Source: Candidatus Elarobacter sp. (lineage in GTDB: Bacteria; Vulcanimicrobiota; Vulcanimicrobiia; Vulcanimicrobiales; Vulcanimicrobiaceae). From it: a stretch of 64,000 bases of DNA. Both the position numbers and the translations under genes were made by a program. The notes under the pieces were generated by a model. It did no database searches. It was not told the origin of the DNA and saw nothing but the letters and a program-made list of their open reading frames with translations. The DNA is taken from the NCBI GenBank assembly GCA_036264835.1, contig DATAQE010000142.1, forward strand, positions 312 to 64,311, written 5' to 3'. Position 1 is the stretch's first letter; each line of letters opens with the position of its first letter. Of the stretch, positions 9,976 through 18,822 are shown one piece after another.

Positions 9976-10383
9976 CTAGCGGCGCAGCGCGATCGCCTCG
10001 ATCTCCACCCGTGCGCCGCGCGGGAGCGCGGCGACGGCGACCGTTGAGCGCGCGGGTTTCGGCGCGTCCTCGAACGACTCGCCGTAGACGGCGTTCACCG
10101 CGGCGAAATCGTTCATGTCGACCAGGAAGATCGTCGTCTTCACGACGTCGGCGAACGTCAGGCCCGCGGCCGCGAGCACCGCGGCGAGGTTCGCCATCAC
10201 CTGGCGCGTCTGCGGCTCGACGCCGCCCGTCACGAGCTCGCCGCTCGACGGATCGAGGCCGATCTGGCCCGAGGTGAAGACGTAGCTGCCCGCGGCGACG
10301 GCCTGCGAGTACGGGCCGATCGCGCCGGGGGCCGCGACGGTGTGGATCGTCTCGCGGCCGCTCAGCGTCTCGCGCGGGTTCAT
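9976..10383 (-). CDS. ridA: RidA family enamine/imine deaminase
   Basis: APGAIGPYSQAV, SGQIGLDP, VKTTIFL, PARSTVAVAALPRGARVEIEAIA. Confidence 0.93.
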   Translation of the reverse strand: MNPRETLSGRETIHTVAAPGAIGPYSQAVAAGSYVFTSGQIGLDPSSGELVTGGVEPQTRQVMANLAAVLAAAGLTFADVVKTTIFLVDMNDFAAVNAVYGESFEDAPKPARSTVAVAALPRGARVEIEAIALRR

Positions 10384-11423
10384 GCGTGCGTTCCGGCGAG
10401 CGTCTCCGCCGGCGGATCCATCGTCCCTTTGTAGCGCATCGTTTCCGGGCCGACGCCGAAGTTGGTTTTACGCAGCTCTGCGATCCGTGCCAGCTCGTCG
10501 GCGGTCAGGCGCGGCGTGTCGGGGGCGGCGGCGAACTCGCGCAGCTGCTCGCGGTCGTAGATGTTCGGCAGCACGGTCATCACGCGCGGCTCGGCGAGCA
10601 GCCACTGGATCGCGGCTTGTCCGAGCGTGCGTTCGGGCTGCTCGAGAAAGCGCAGCGTCTGGACTTTCTTGATCCCGTTGATCAGCCAAGAGCGCGGGCG
10701 GTGGCTGCGGTGATCGGTCGGCGGGAAGACGGTGTCCTGGGTGTACTTCCCTTCGAGCATCCCCGAGCTGTGCGGGACGCGGATGAAGTACGTCGTGTCG
10801 GTGCCGAACGTGTTCGCCGCGTCGACCATCTCGTCGCCGGGGAACTGCTCGAGCATGTTCCAGATCATCTGGACCATCGGCGCGTTGATGCGCGCGGCTT
10901 CGATCCCTTCCCACAGCCAGCCGATCGCGGGCCCGAGCGCGATCCCCCAGGTGCGGATCTTCCCTTCGTCGCGGAAGCCGTTCAGCAGCTCGGTCAGCGT
11001 GCCGTCCTTGACCTGCTCCATTCGCGCGTTGTGCATCTGCCACACGTCGATGTAGTCCGTCTGCAGGCGCTTCAGCGACTGCTCGAGCGCGTAGCGTACG
11101 AACTCGGGCGAGAAGTCCTGTTCGATCTCGTTCTGGCCTTTGCGCTCGCCCGCGTGATGATACCAGTCGTAGCCGAACTTCGTCGCGTACACGACTTGGT
11201 CGCGCTTCCCGGCGAACGCTTTGGCGAGCTGCTCCTCGCTGCGTCCGTTGCCGTAGGTGTCGGCCGCGTCGAACGTCGTGATGCCGAGGTCGAGCGCTTC
11301 GTGCAGCAGCGTGACGGCGTCGTCGTCGCTCTTCTCGCCCCACCATCCGGTGGCGGTCGTCCAGAGACCGAAGCCGACCTCGCTCACGGTCACGTCGGTG
11401 TTGGGCAGCGTGCGGTACTTCAT
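10380..11423 (-). CDS. Aldo/keto reductase
   Basis: VSEVGFG, GITTFDAADTYGNGRSEE, ATKFG, SLKRLQTDYID. Confidence 0.92.
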   Translation of the reverse strand: MKYRTLPNTDVTVSEVGFGLWTTATGWWGEKSDDDAVTLLHEALDLGITTFDAADTYGNGRSEEQLAKAFAGKRDQVVYATKFGYDWYHHAGERKGQNEIEQDFSPEFVRYALEQSLKRLQTDYIDVWQMHNARMEQVKDGTLTELLNGFRDEGKIRTWGIALGPAIGWLWEGIEAARINAPMVQMIWNMLEQFPGDEMVDAANTFGTDTTYFIRVPHSSGMLEGKYTQDTVFPPTDHRSHRPRSWLINGIKKVQTLRFLEQPERTLGQAAIQWLLAEPRVMTVLPNIYDREQLREFAAAPDTPRLTADELARIAELRKTNFGVGPETMRYKGTMDPPAETLAGTHA

Positions 11424-11482
11424 CGGGAGGCGAGGGTTCGGGACCGGGGAAGGTCGGCCCCGCCGACCAAATCGCGGGGATC

Positions 11483-12931
11483 GTGACCGACCCTGACTTC
11501 CGCGCCGCGTTCGACCGCGTCGCCGCGTGGATCGACGACTACTACAGCGACACCCGCCGCTACCCGGTGCTCTCGCGCGCCCGGCCCGGCGAGCTGGTCG
11601 CCGCGCTGCCGGCCGAGGCGCCGGCCGAAGGCGAACCGTTCGAGCGGATCTTCGCGGACTTCGAGCGGCTCATCGTCCCGGGGATCACGCATTGGAATCA
11701 TCCGCGCTTCTTCGCGTACTTCGCGATCAGCGCCGCGCGCGTCACGGTGCTCGCCGAAGCGCTCGCCGCCGCGCTCGACGTGAACGCGATGCTGTGGCGC
11801 ACCTCGCCCGCCGCGACCGAGCTCGAGGACGTCACGCTGGGCTGGCTGCGCCGGATGCTGGGTCTTCCCGACGCGTTTCACGGGATCGTGTACGACACCG
11901 CGTCGATCGGCGGGTTCACCGCGCTCGCCGCCGCGCGCGAGTCGCTCGGGCTCGACGTGCGCGCGCGCGGGATGGCGGGGCGCGACGACCTTCCGGTGCT
12001 GCGCGTGTACGTCACCGAGCACACGCACTCGCACATCGAGAAGGGCGCGATCGCGCTCGGGGTCGGCCGCGACAACGTCGTGAAGGTCCCGGTCGACGAC
12101 GCGTTCGCGATGCGTGCGGACGCGCTCGCGCTCGCGATCGACGACGACGTGGCGGCGGGGCGGCGGCCGATGTGCGCGGTCGCCACGGTCGGGACGACGT
12201 CGACGACCTCAACTGATCCGGTCGCGGCGATGCGCGCGGTGACGCGCGAGCGCAGCGTGTGGCTGCACGTCGACGCGGCGTACGGCGGCCCGGCGGCGAT
12301 CCTGCCCGAGTTCCGCTGGCTGCTCGATCCGGCGCACGAGGCCGACTCGATCGTCGTCAACCCGCACAAGTGGCTCTTCGTCCCGGTCGATCTCTCCGTG
12401 CTCTACGTGCGCGATCCGGAGCTGCTGCGGCGGACGTTCAGCCTCGTGGCCGACTATCTCGTGACGCCGGAGACCGACGTCCACAACTACATGGACTACG
12501 GCCTGCAGCTGGGCCGCCGCTTCCGCGCGCTGAAACTGTGGTTCGCGCTGCGCACGTTCGGCGTGAGCGGGATGCAGGAGCGGCTGCGCAACCACATCGC
12601 GCTCGCGCAGGAGCTCGCGAGCTTGATCGAGTCCGAACCGGGCTGGGAGATCGCCGCCCCGCACCCGCTCTCGGTCGTGTGCTTCCGCTACGATCCGGAC
12701 GGTGCGAACGGCGATTCGGCTTCTACCGACGCGCTCAACCTCGCGATCATGGACATCGTCAACGCGACCGGCGAAGCGTTCCTGTCCTCGACGCGCTTGC
12801 ACGGCCGCGTCGTCCTGCGCATCGCGATCGGCAACGAGCGCACGACCCGCGACGACGTCCGCCTCGTCTGGGATCTGCTCCGCCGCGAAGCCGTTCGTCT
12901 TACGAACGGGTCGCGCGCCGCGTTACGGTAG
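11483..12931 (+). CDS. Group II PLP-dependent (aromatic L-amino acid-type) decarboxylase
   Basis: PGITHWNHPRFFAYF, SPAATELE, WLHVDAAYGG, PLP lysine in NPHKWLFVP, LGRRFRALKLW. Confidence 0.93.
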   Translation: MTDPDFRAAFDRVAAWIDDYYSDTRRYPVLSRARPGELVAALPAEAPAEGEPFERIFADFERLIVPGITHWNHPRFFAYFAISAARVTVLAEALAAALDVNAMLWRTSPAATELEDVTLGWLRRMLGLPDAFHGIVYDTASIGGFTALAAARESLGLDVRARGMAGRDDLPVLRVYVTEHTHSHIEKGAIALGVGRDNVVKVPVDDAFAMRADALALAIDDDVAAGRRPMCAVATVGTTSTTSTDPVAAMRAVTRERSVWLHVDAAYGGPAAILPEFRWLLDPAHEADSIVVNPHKWLFVPVDLSVLYVRDPELLRRTFSLVADYLVTPETDVHNYMDYGLQLGRRFRALKLWFALRTFGVSGMQERLRNHIALAQELASLIESEPGWEIAAPHPLSVVCFRYDPDGANGDSASTDALNLAIMDIVNATGEAFLSSTRLHGRVVLRIAIGNERTTRDDVRLVWDLLRREAVRLTNGSRAALR

Positions 12932-12964
12932 GCGGTCGGCGCAACCCGGCAGAAGGGCGCGACG

Positions 12965-13237
12965 ATGACCTATGAAGAGCTCGACAAGCTCAGCTCCAAG
13001 GAGCTCCACGACCGCGCCTTCCGCCACGCCGAGCGCCACCTGAACGTGAAGTTCTTCTGGGATCTGCTGGAGATGATCCCCGCCGCCCGCGCTGCCGAAG
13101 GCGAGCTGAAAGAGTCGGAAGCCGAGACGCTCCACCCCAGCATGCAAGTCGAGTCTGCGGTCAACGAAGACCCCGGCCTAATGGACGCGCTCCGCCCCGT
13201 CTACATCGACTACCTCGTCCAGCACCCGGACGCCTAG
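12965..13237 (+). CDS. Hypothetical protein, 90 aa
   Basis: GAAGGG RBS, host-like codon usage, helical acidic sequence. Confidence 0.75.
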   Translation: MTYEELDKLSSKELHDRAFRHAERHLNVKFFWDLLEMIPAARAAEGELKESEAETLHPSMQVESAVNEDPGLMDALRPVYIDYLVQHPDA

Positions 13238-13298
13238 TCCCGGCCGACGGCGACTTCGACCCGCGGCCGACTCTCATGCAGGCGCCCTGAAAGGAGCA

Positions 13299-13338
13299 GC
13301 CGACCGGGACGGGCTCCGGCTCGTCCCGCGACGTCGGC
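13299..13338. other. GC-rich hairpin at left border of lower-GC islet
   Basis: CGGGACGGGC-TCCG-GCTCGTCCCG 10-bp stem (one G-U), extended by GCCGAC/GTCGGC. Confidence 0.45.
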
Positions 13339-13383
13339 AAACGGCGAAAACCGGGCAGCCGAGTTTACCGCCCTCCCTAGCGG

Positions 13384-13411
13384 TCAACAACAGGGTTATA
13401 TGAGCCGATAG
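13384..13411 (+). promoter_or_regulatory. Putative sigma28-like promoter of small ORF/peptidase operon
   Basis: TCAA-N16-GCCGATAG. The -10 octamer is identical to that upstream of the flagellin. Confidence 0.55.
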
Positions 13412-13479
13412 ACAAGATAAGCACGCGCGCTCGGTTGGCGGCCTTGCCTCCTTCGTAGTGTGCTTTCGAGGGTGGGAGA

Positions 13480-13656
13480 TTGAGCAGCAACGAGGAGCCG
13501 ATTTCGGAATCGGCGGTAACGAAGCATGAATTCGACCTCGAGTCGGCGTGGACCAACGTCATTCGCAAGGCTGATCGGGTCGAACTGGCGCTCGAAAAGC
13601 TCGAAAAGGCGCGGGAAATCACCGACAAACAACTGCGCGTGCAGATGCGGGTTTGA
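13480..13656 (+). CDS. Small helical protein, 58 aa (not in ORF track)
   Basis: TTG start after GAGGGTGGGA. Translates as MSSNEEPISESAVTKHEFDLESAWTNVIRKADRVELALEKLEKAREITDKQLRVQMRV. Stop lies 4 nt before the next TTG. Confidence 0.65.
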   Translation: MSSNEEPISESAVTKHEFDLESAWTNVIRKADRVELALEKLEKAREITDKQLRVQMRV

Positions 13657-13660
13657 CTGC

Positions 13661-15253
13661 TTGTCGAAAGGTTATCGGGTTTACCCGTTCACGTTCGACG
13701 ATTTCTGCCGCGCGCTGGCCCGCGAGCCAAATGCGTCCCCCCAGTGGAATAGGCCCCTCGCCGAGGACGTCGCGCGTCATCACCATGCACAAAAGCTCTT
13801 CGGGTATCTCGACAAGCAAATCCCTAAACCCAGAACGATCGTCGTCGAGACGATGTATGTCGACCGAGACTACCTTGGCGACTATACGACGTTCTATGCG
13901 ACGGTCTATGCGCGGTTCGATCGATTCTGCAAGCGAGTTCACTTTTTTACGGAGGAGTTCGAGGAGCGTACGTTCGAGGCGCAGATCATAGGTGAAGGAC
14001 GGTCCGCGGAAGACTTCGCTCGATCGTATGTCGGGTTCACCGTCGTCAGACCGCTTCCGGAGGCCATCATCGGCCGCACCGTTCTGCGCGCGTACCCGGA
14101 GAACGTACGAGACGGCGCGAGGCGCTACAACGCGGTTGTCGATACCCGCGTGAACTTGTACGGGATCGACCTGTCGATATGCGACAGCCTGCCGTTTCAG
14201 CAGCAAGACAGCGTGATCGCCGCGTGCGCCACGGTTTCACTGTGGTCTGCATTCGCGGCGACATCGAAGTTGTTCGGGACTGACGTTCCGCGCGCCGCGG
14301 AAATAACGCGCTCGGCCACCTCTGGAAAGTTCCAAGAGCGCGTTTTCCCGACAGCGGGGTTGACGCTCGAACAAATATGCACGGCTGTTCGTGCCAATCA
14401 GCTCGAACCCGAAGTATTCACTCTCGACGATCCTGCCGTCCCGATCTTGTCGTGGATCCGCGCCTACCTTGAGATGGGATTGCCGGCATTGATGCTCGTG
14501 AAACTGCCCGACGGGCGCGATCATTCAGTTACGATAGCGGGCTACCGGTGTTCAAATTCAGTGATACACGAGCGTGAGGGTGTTGGCGAACAGCATGAAG
14601 CGCCTTCTGCCGGGCGCCGAATCGTGACGCTCTATTGCCACGACGATAATATTTGCCCGTTCGCTCGCTATCAAATCGCGAAGCGCGACGACGGAACGAT
14701 TGTCTTCAACGTTGACGAATACGCGGCACTGGGTAATGGGGAAACCTCCACAGTGGAGATCGGGAATATCGTCGTTCCGATCTATCACAAGATACGATTA
14801 GGTTTTGCTTCGATTCAAGGGTGGGTGACGGTGCTGGACTCCTTGCTCCCCGAGATACTCAACCCTTCGGTAAGCGGCCGGCGAGAGTGGGACGTGCGCC
14901 TGCTGCGCAACGAGCAACTCAAGAACGAGGTGAGGAGCCTTCCCTTGGCGCGGAGCATCAAGCATGACCTCCTCGCTGAAGCACAGCCGCGCTTCATCTG
15001 GTGTGTGGTTCTACGTGCAGCTCCAGGCGTCGAACTGTTGCGGTTGCATCTCGACGCGACGGGCTTCGCACGGTCTATGCCGCTTCGACGAGCCGTGATC
15101 TATGACGAAAAGCTGCTCGACGGACTCTTGAAACTACTCCCCGCACTGTTCGGTCGTCCCGGTTTGGGAGAGACGGCACGTCGTCTGCACGACGTGATTT
15201 CCGAGCAAGCGCTAAGAAATACGCCGGATTCACAGCTCCCCGACGCCGGCTGA
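13661..15253 (+). CDS. Papain-fold (C39-like) cysteine peptidase domain protein
   Basis: PFQQQDSVIAACATVSLW (Gln/Cys), DHSVTIAGY (His), YCHDDN (Asp). TTG 13661 preferred over ATG 13526, which would overlap the 58-aa ORF. Confidence 0.65.
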   Translation: MSKGYRVYPFTFDDFCRALAREPNASPQWNRPLAEDVARHHHAQKLFGYLDKQIPKPRTIVVETMYVDRDYLGDYTTFYATVYARFDRFCKRVHFFTEEFEERTFEAQIIGEGRSAEDFARSYVGFTVVRPLPEAIIGRTVLRAYPENVRDGARRYNAVVDTRVNLYGIDLSICDSLPFQQQDSVIAACATVSLWSAFAATSKLFGTDVPRAAEITRSATSGKFQERVFPTAGLTLEQICTAVRANQLEPEVFTLDDPAVPILSWIRAYLEMGLPALMLVKLPDGRDHSVTIAGYRCSNSVIHEREGVGEQHEAPSAGRRIVTLYCHDDNICPFARYQIAKRDDGTIVFNVDEYAALGNGETSTVEIGNIVVPIYHKIRLGFASIQGWVTVLDSLLPEILNPSVSGRREWDVRLLRNEQLKNEVRSLPLARSIKHDLLAEAQPRFIWCVVLRAAPGVELLRLHLDATGFARSMPLRRAVIYDEKLLDGLLKLLPALFGRPGLGETARRLHDVISEQALRNTPDSQLPDAG

Positions 15254-15461
15254 CGAGCCGCGACGATTGACGTGTCCATAAAAAGACCGGTCCCCACTCC
15301 GCTCACCGAAAAGGCCCAGGACTTGCGGCGGTATACCAGACGTGATAAGCTAGGAACGTTATACCGTTTCCATGAAGTCGAGGTCCCAGAATTCGCCCAT
15401 TTGATCTCCTTCCGGCACGCTACGGTTTGCCGTCCCGGCAAAGACGCCACGGAATAGGATC

Positions 15462-15683
15462 ATGGATCAACAGCGAGGCGCAGTCGATGCGAACCCGACG
15501 GGAGCGCAACGCCGGCAGCGGCGGTCGATGATGCGAAAGAAGATGACATACGGGTCACTTCTCCAGGCGACGGTTGGTAGACTGAATCGCGAAGAGAAAA
15601 AGGATCCCCCGAAGACCGGTTCACCTGCCGGACTCGGCGCGCGAATCACCACGCTTCACGAGCTAGCGAACGGCAAGGACTGA
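15462..15683 (+). CDS. Possible small hypothetical protein, 73 aa
   Basis: AGGA before ATG; ends 1 nt from the convergent GAF gene. No recognisable motif. Confidence 0.3.
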   Translation: MDQQRGAVDANPTGAQRRQRRSMMRKKMTYGSLLQATVGRLNREEKKDPPKTGSPAGLGARITTLHELANGKD

Positions 15684-15684
15684 G

Positions 15685-17007
15685 CTAATCCGGCACGGCG
15701 TCCTCCGTGCTTCCGTCAGGTCCATCGTTCGGTGTGTCGTCATCGTCGCAGCCGTCGCCGCGCCCTTCGTCGTACGTTGCGTCGCTGATTTCTGCACTCG
15801 TCTCAGGACCGTCGCTCGGAGTCGCGCGGCTGGAGTCCGAGAGTGATGGTTCAGCAGTCACGTTCTCGATGAAGTGAGAAGACGGGACGATGTCGGCGCT
15901 TTCGGCCTTTGCGAGTGCGTTGCGCGTAATTGGAGAGCCCAATACGTGCGCGGCGACGAGTGCCAACGCGTTCGCGATCGCGACTTTCAACGGTTCGAAC
16001 TGGCGTTTCGCCTCACGATCGATGGACAGCACGCCGAGTTTCTCGTTGCCCCATACGAATGGAGCGAGAAGCACGCCGTTGAATTTTCGCGTTGCGCCTT
16101 CGATCTCCACCCAGCCTGGCTCTTTTTGGCCGTTTGCGACGTTTACCAGTTCCTGATCGCGAAATGCACGGCCCATCAATCCCTCTCCGAGGTGAAAGAC
16201 ATGCCGCTTGGTCGGCTCGTCCCCAATCTCGTTCGATTGTAACAGCAATAAGCCGCCCTTGGCCTCGTCATAGTTCCAGATCGAAAGTCGGACGGCTTCA
16301 TCCTTCGCGGCGATCGCATCGTGCGCTTCGGCGCTCCGCCGGCCGAGAAAGTCTTTTACGTAAAGGGCGGGATTCTGTTGCTGCGGTAACTGCTGGTAGA
16401 AAAGATTCAGGTGTGTGAGCCAGCGCTGCAGTAACTCCGCGATCTGGGTCGACGTCTCTTCGGCGAGTCCGGCCTCCATCTCCACCGTCGCTCCACCAAA
16501 ACCGAATTTGCGAAGTCTCGGAAGCAACGATCCCACGATGGCAAGCCCGAACCATGCCAGCGCCGCCGGATCGAATGAAGGCGTATATATACCGTTTTTC
16601 GGCTCGACCCAGAAGATGTGAAGGAGCCCGCCGACAACCCCGACTGCGATGAAAGCCCACTGAGGTATGAGCGCCGTTTTCTCGGTTCCTTGTTCGTATG
16701 CGGGCTTCCACATGATCGCGGCGATTAGTGCCGCAAAGAGCAGGATGCATTCGATCGCGGCAAAACGCAACCAGGCGAGCCGGTGGCGAGCCGCCATTGG
16801 GAGTACGCTGAACGATTCACGCTCAAACGGCGCATTGACGATGGGGGCCGCGGGAGACTTCTTCACTGCCGAAGAGCACGGAACACAGGGCGCCGACGAC
16901 GATGTCGTGGGCGGCATGTCGATGACGGTAGACGCCTGAAACTCGATCACTAGATTCATGGCCGTGAGGAGCACGACCCCGGCAGTGATCCATAACCAGC
17001 GGAGCAT
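15685..17007 (-). CDS. Membrane protein (about 4 TM) with C-terminal GAF domain and acidic tail
   Basis: Four hydrophobic segments, then RLSIW..GEGLMGRAF..VLLAPFVWGNEKLGVLSID..F (GAF pattern). Confidence 0.75.
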   Translation of the reverse strand: MLRWLWITAGVVLLTAMNLVIEFQASTVIDMPPTTSSSAPCVPCSSAVKKSPAAPIVNAPFERESFSVLPMAARHRLAWLRFAAIECILLFAALIAAIMWKPAYEQGTEKTALIPQWAFIAVGVVGGLLHIFWVEPKNGIYTPSFDPAALAWFGLAIVGSLLPRLRKFGFGGATVEMEAGLAEETSTQIAELLQRWLTHLNLFYQQLPQQQNPALYVKDFLGRRSAEAHDAIAAKDEAVRLSIWNYDEAKGGLLLLQSNEIGDEPTKRHVFHLGEGLMGRAFRDQELVNVANGQKEPGWVEIEGATRKFNGVLLAPFVWGNEKLGVLSIDREAKRQFEPLKVAIANALALVAAHVLGSPITRNALAKAESADIVPSSHFIENVTAEPSLSDSSRATPSDGPETSAEISDATYDEGRGDGCDDDDTPNDGPDGSTEDAVPD

Positions 17008-17242
17008 CGTAACTAATGCGGGTCGCGAGTACTTGTCACCTCCTCATCGAAAGTGGTCCATAGCCACTAGGGGAACGCTCCACAGCGACATTCTAGGTCG
17101 CTGGCCGCGACACGCGGACCTCAAGTTCCGGGTCCAAAAGAACCATCGCGATCCTGAGCATGATGATTCTTGCGCGCGAGTGACACGCTGTCGAAGATAC
17201 TCTATGTTTTATCGGTGGCGGTGGCTACGCCGACGGGTTGCG

Positions 17243-17464
17243 ATGGCGCGCGAATATCTGGACAGCACGAGCATCGAATGGTTCGAGTACGACGAGGACG
17301 AGAGGTGCATCGACCTCTCCTACGTCGACGGTGACGTCTACCGCTACCACGACGTCCCGCCCCACGTCTGCGGCGGTCTCCGCGCCGCGCCGTCGAAAGG
17401 CCACTACGTCAATACCGTGATCAAGCCGCAGTATCGCTACACGCGGTTGACCCGGCGGCGTTAA
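17243..17464 (+). CDS. KTSC domain protein
   Basis: STSIEWFEYD..GDVYRYHDVP..LRAAPSKGHYVNTVIKPQY. Confidence 0.85.
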   Translation: MAREYLDSTSIEWFEYDEDERCIDLSYVDGDVYRYHDVPPHVCGGLRAAPSKGHYVNTVIKPQYRYTRLTRRR

Positions 17465-17496
17465 GTCTTCACGGCCGTTCCGAGCGAACGCCGCCC

Positions 17497-18813
17497 TCAG
17501 AACGTGCGCAGGTACTCGTTGCGCTCCCAGGGGTGGACGGCGCGGCGGTAGCGTTCGTATTCGGCGAGCTTCGCGTCGCGGAAGGCGTGGTAGATGTGGT
17601 CGCCGAGCGCGCCGCGGATCACGACGTCCTCGTCGAGCGCCGCGATCGCCTGGCGCAGCGATTTGGGCAGCTGCCGGATGCCATGCTCGGTGCGGAAGCG
17701 GTCGCCGAGCTCGTAGGTCGAGCCGGTGAACGGATCGCCGGGAAGGCTCCGTGTGCGAATCCCGTCGGCGAGCGCTTCGACGAGGACGGCCATCGCGAGA
17801 TACGGGTTGCACGACGCGTCGGGGCTGCGCACCTCGAGCAGCGGCGGCTCGTCGCCGAACGCCGGCGGGACGCGGACGAGCGCGTTCGCGCTGCGGTGCG
17901 ACCACACCGTGTAGACCGGCGCGTCCCACGCGGCCACCAACCTCTTGTACGAGTTCACCGTCGGGTTGCAGACCGCGGTGAAACCCTGCGCGTGCTCGAG
18001 CAAGCCCGCGATCGCGTGCAGCCGTACCGCCTCGTCGATCTCGCCGAGCGCAAAGTAGATGTGCAGCCCGCTCCCGGCCGACTCTTCGAGCGGCTTCGGC
18101 ATGAACGTCGCGTGCAAGCCGTGGCGCTGCGCGACGCGCCGCACGACACCGCGCGTCGTCAGCAGACGGTCCGCCATCGAGAGCACGCCGGACGCGGTGA
18201 GGTCGAGCTCGTGCTGGCCCGCGCCGTGTTCGTGGTGCGCGCTGGAGATCGGGATCCCCATCGCTTCGAGCGCCGCGCTGGCCGCGAGCCGCGCCTCCTG
18301 GCCGCGGTCGCTCGCGGAGAAGTCGAAGTACGAGCCGGCGTCGGTCGTGCGCGTCGTCGGCGACCCGTCCCCCCCGAGCTCGAACAGGTAGAACTCCACC
18401 TCGAGCGCGGCCTGCACCGCCTGCAGCACGTCGCCCGCGTCCTCGAGCACGCGTTTCAAAGTCGTGCGCGAGCAGCCCTCGAACGGCGTCCCGTCCGGCA
18501 TCGTGATGTCGCACAGGATGCGCGCTTCGATCGCATCGCCCTCGAGCCACGGCAGCACGACGAACGTCGCGGGATCGGGCCGCAGCACCATGTCGATCTC
18601 TTCGCCGCGCACGAACCCGTCGATCGAGCCGCCGTCGAAGGTGACCTTGCCGTTGAACGCGTCCTCGAGCTCGCCGGCCGGGATCGAGACGCTCTTCTGG
18701 ATCCCGAGCACGTCGACGAACGCGAGCCGCACCCAACGCACGCCGCGCTCCTTGATCGTCGCCAGCACGTGCCGCCGCGCCGCCGCCGCGTCCTTCACCG
18801 TCGTCAACACCAT
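17497..18813 (-). CDS. Glutamine synthetase-like (GSI family) protein, divergent active site
   Basis: FVDVLG, FDGGSIDGF, EVEFYLF, HHEHGAGQHE, ATFMPKP, GSGLH, EVRSPDASCNPYLA. Confidence 0.88.
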   Translation of the reverse strand: MVLTTVKDAAAARRHVLATIKERGVRWVRLAFVDVLGIQKSVSIPAGELEDAFNGKVTFDGGSIDGFVRGEEIDMVLRPDPATFVVLPWLEGDAIEARILCDITMPDGTPFEGCSRTTLKRVLEDAGDVLQAVQAALEVEFYLFELGGDGSPTTRTTDAGSYFDFSASDRGQEARLAASAALEAMGIPISSAHHEHGAGQHELDLTASGVLSMADRLLTTRGVVRRVAQRHGLHATFMPKPLEESAGSGLHIYFALGEIDEAVRLHAIAGLLEHAQGFTAVCNPTVNSYKRLVAAWDAPVYTVWSHRSANALVRVPPAFGDEPPLLEVRSPDASCNPYLAMAVLVEALADGIRTRSLPGDPFTGSTYELGDRFRTEHGIRQLPKSLRQAIAALDEDVVIRGALGDHIYHAFRDAKLAEYERYRRAVHPWERNEYLRTF

Positions 18814-18822
18814 CGCGATAGC

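Noticed and set aside
13240-13380. Riboswitch or ncRNA in the structured intergenic region
   Set aside because: Hairpins are present but I recognise no family consensus; an Infernal/Rfam scan would be needed.
13526-13660. N-terminal extension of the 575-aa ORF from ATG 13526
   Set aside because: Overlaps the better-supported 58-aa ORF in another frame and has no RBS; TTG 13661 is more plausible.
15272-15457. 61-aa ORF after the protease
   Set aside because: No clear RBS or motif; cannot be supported.
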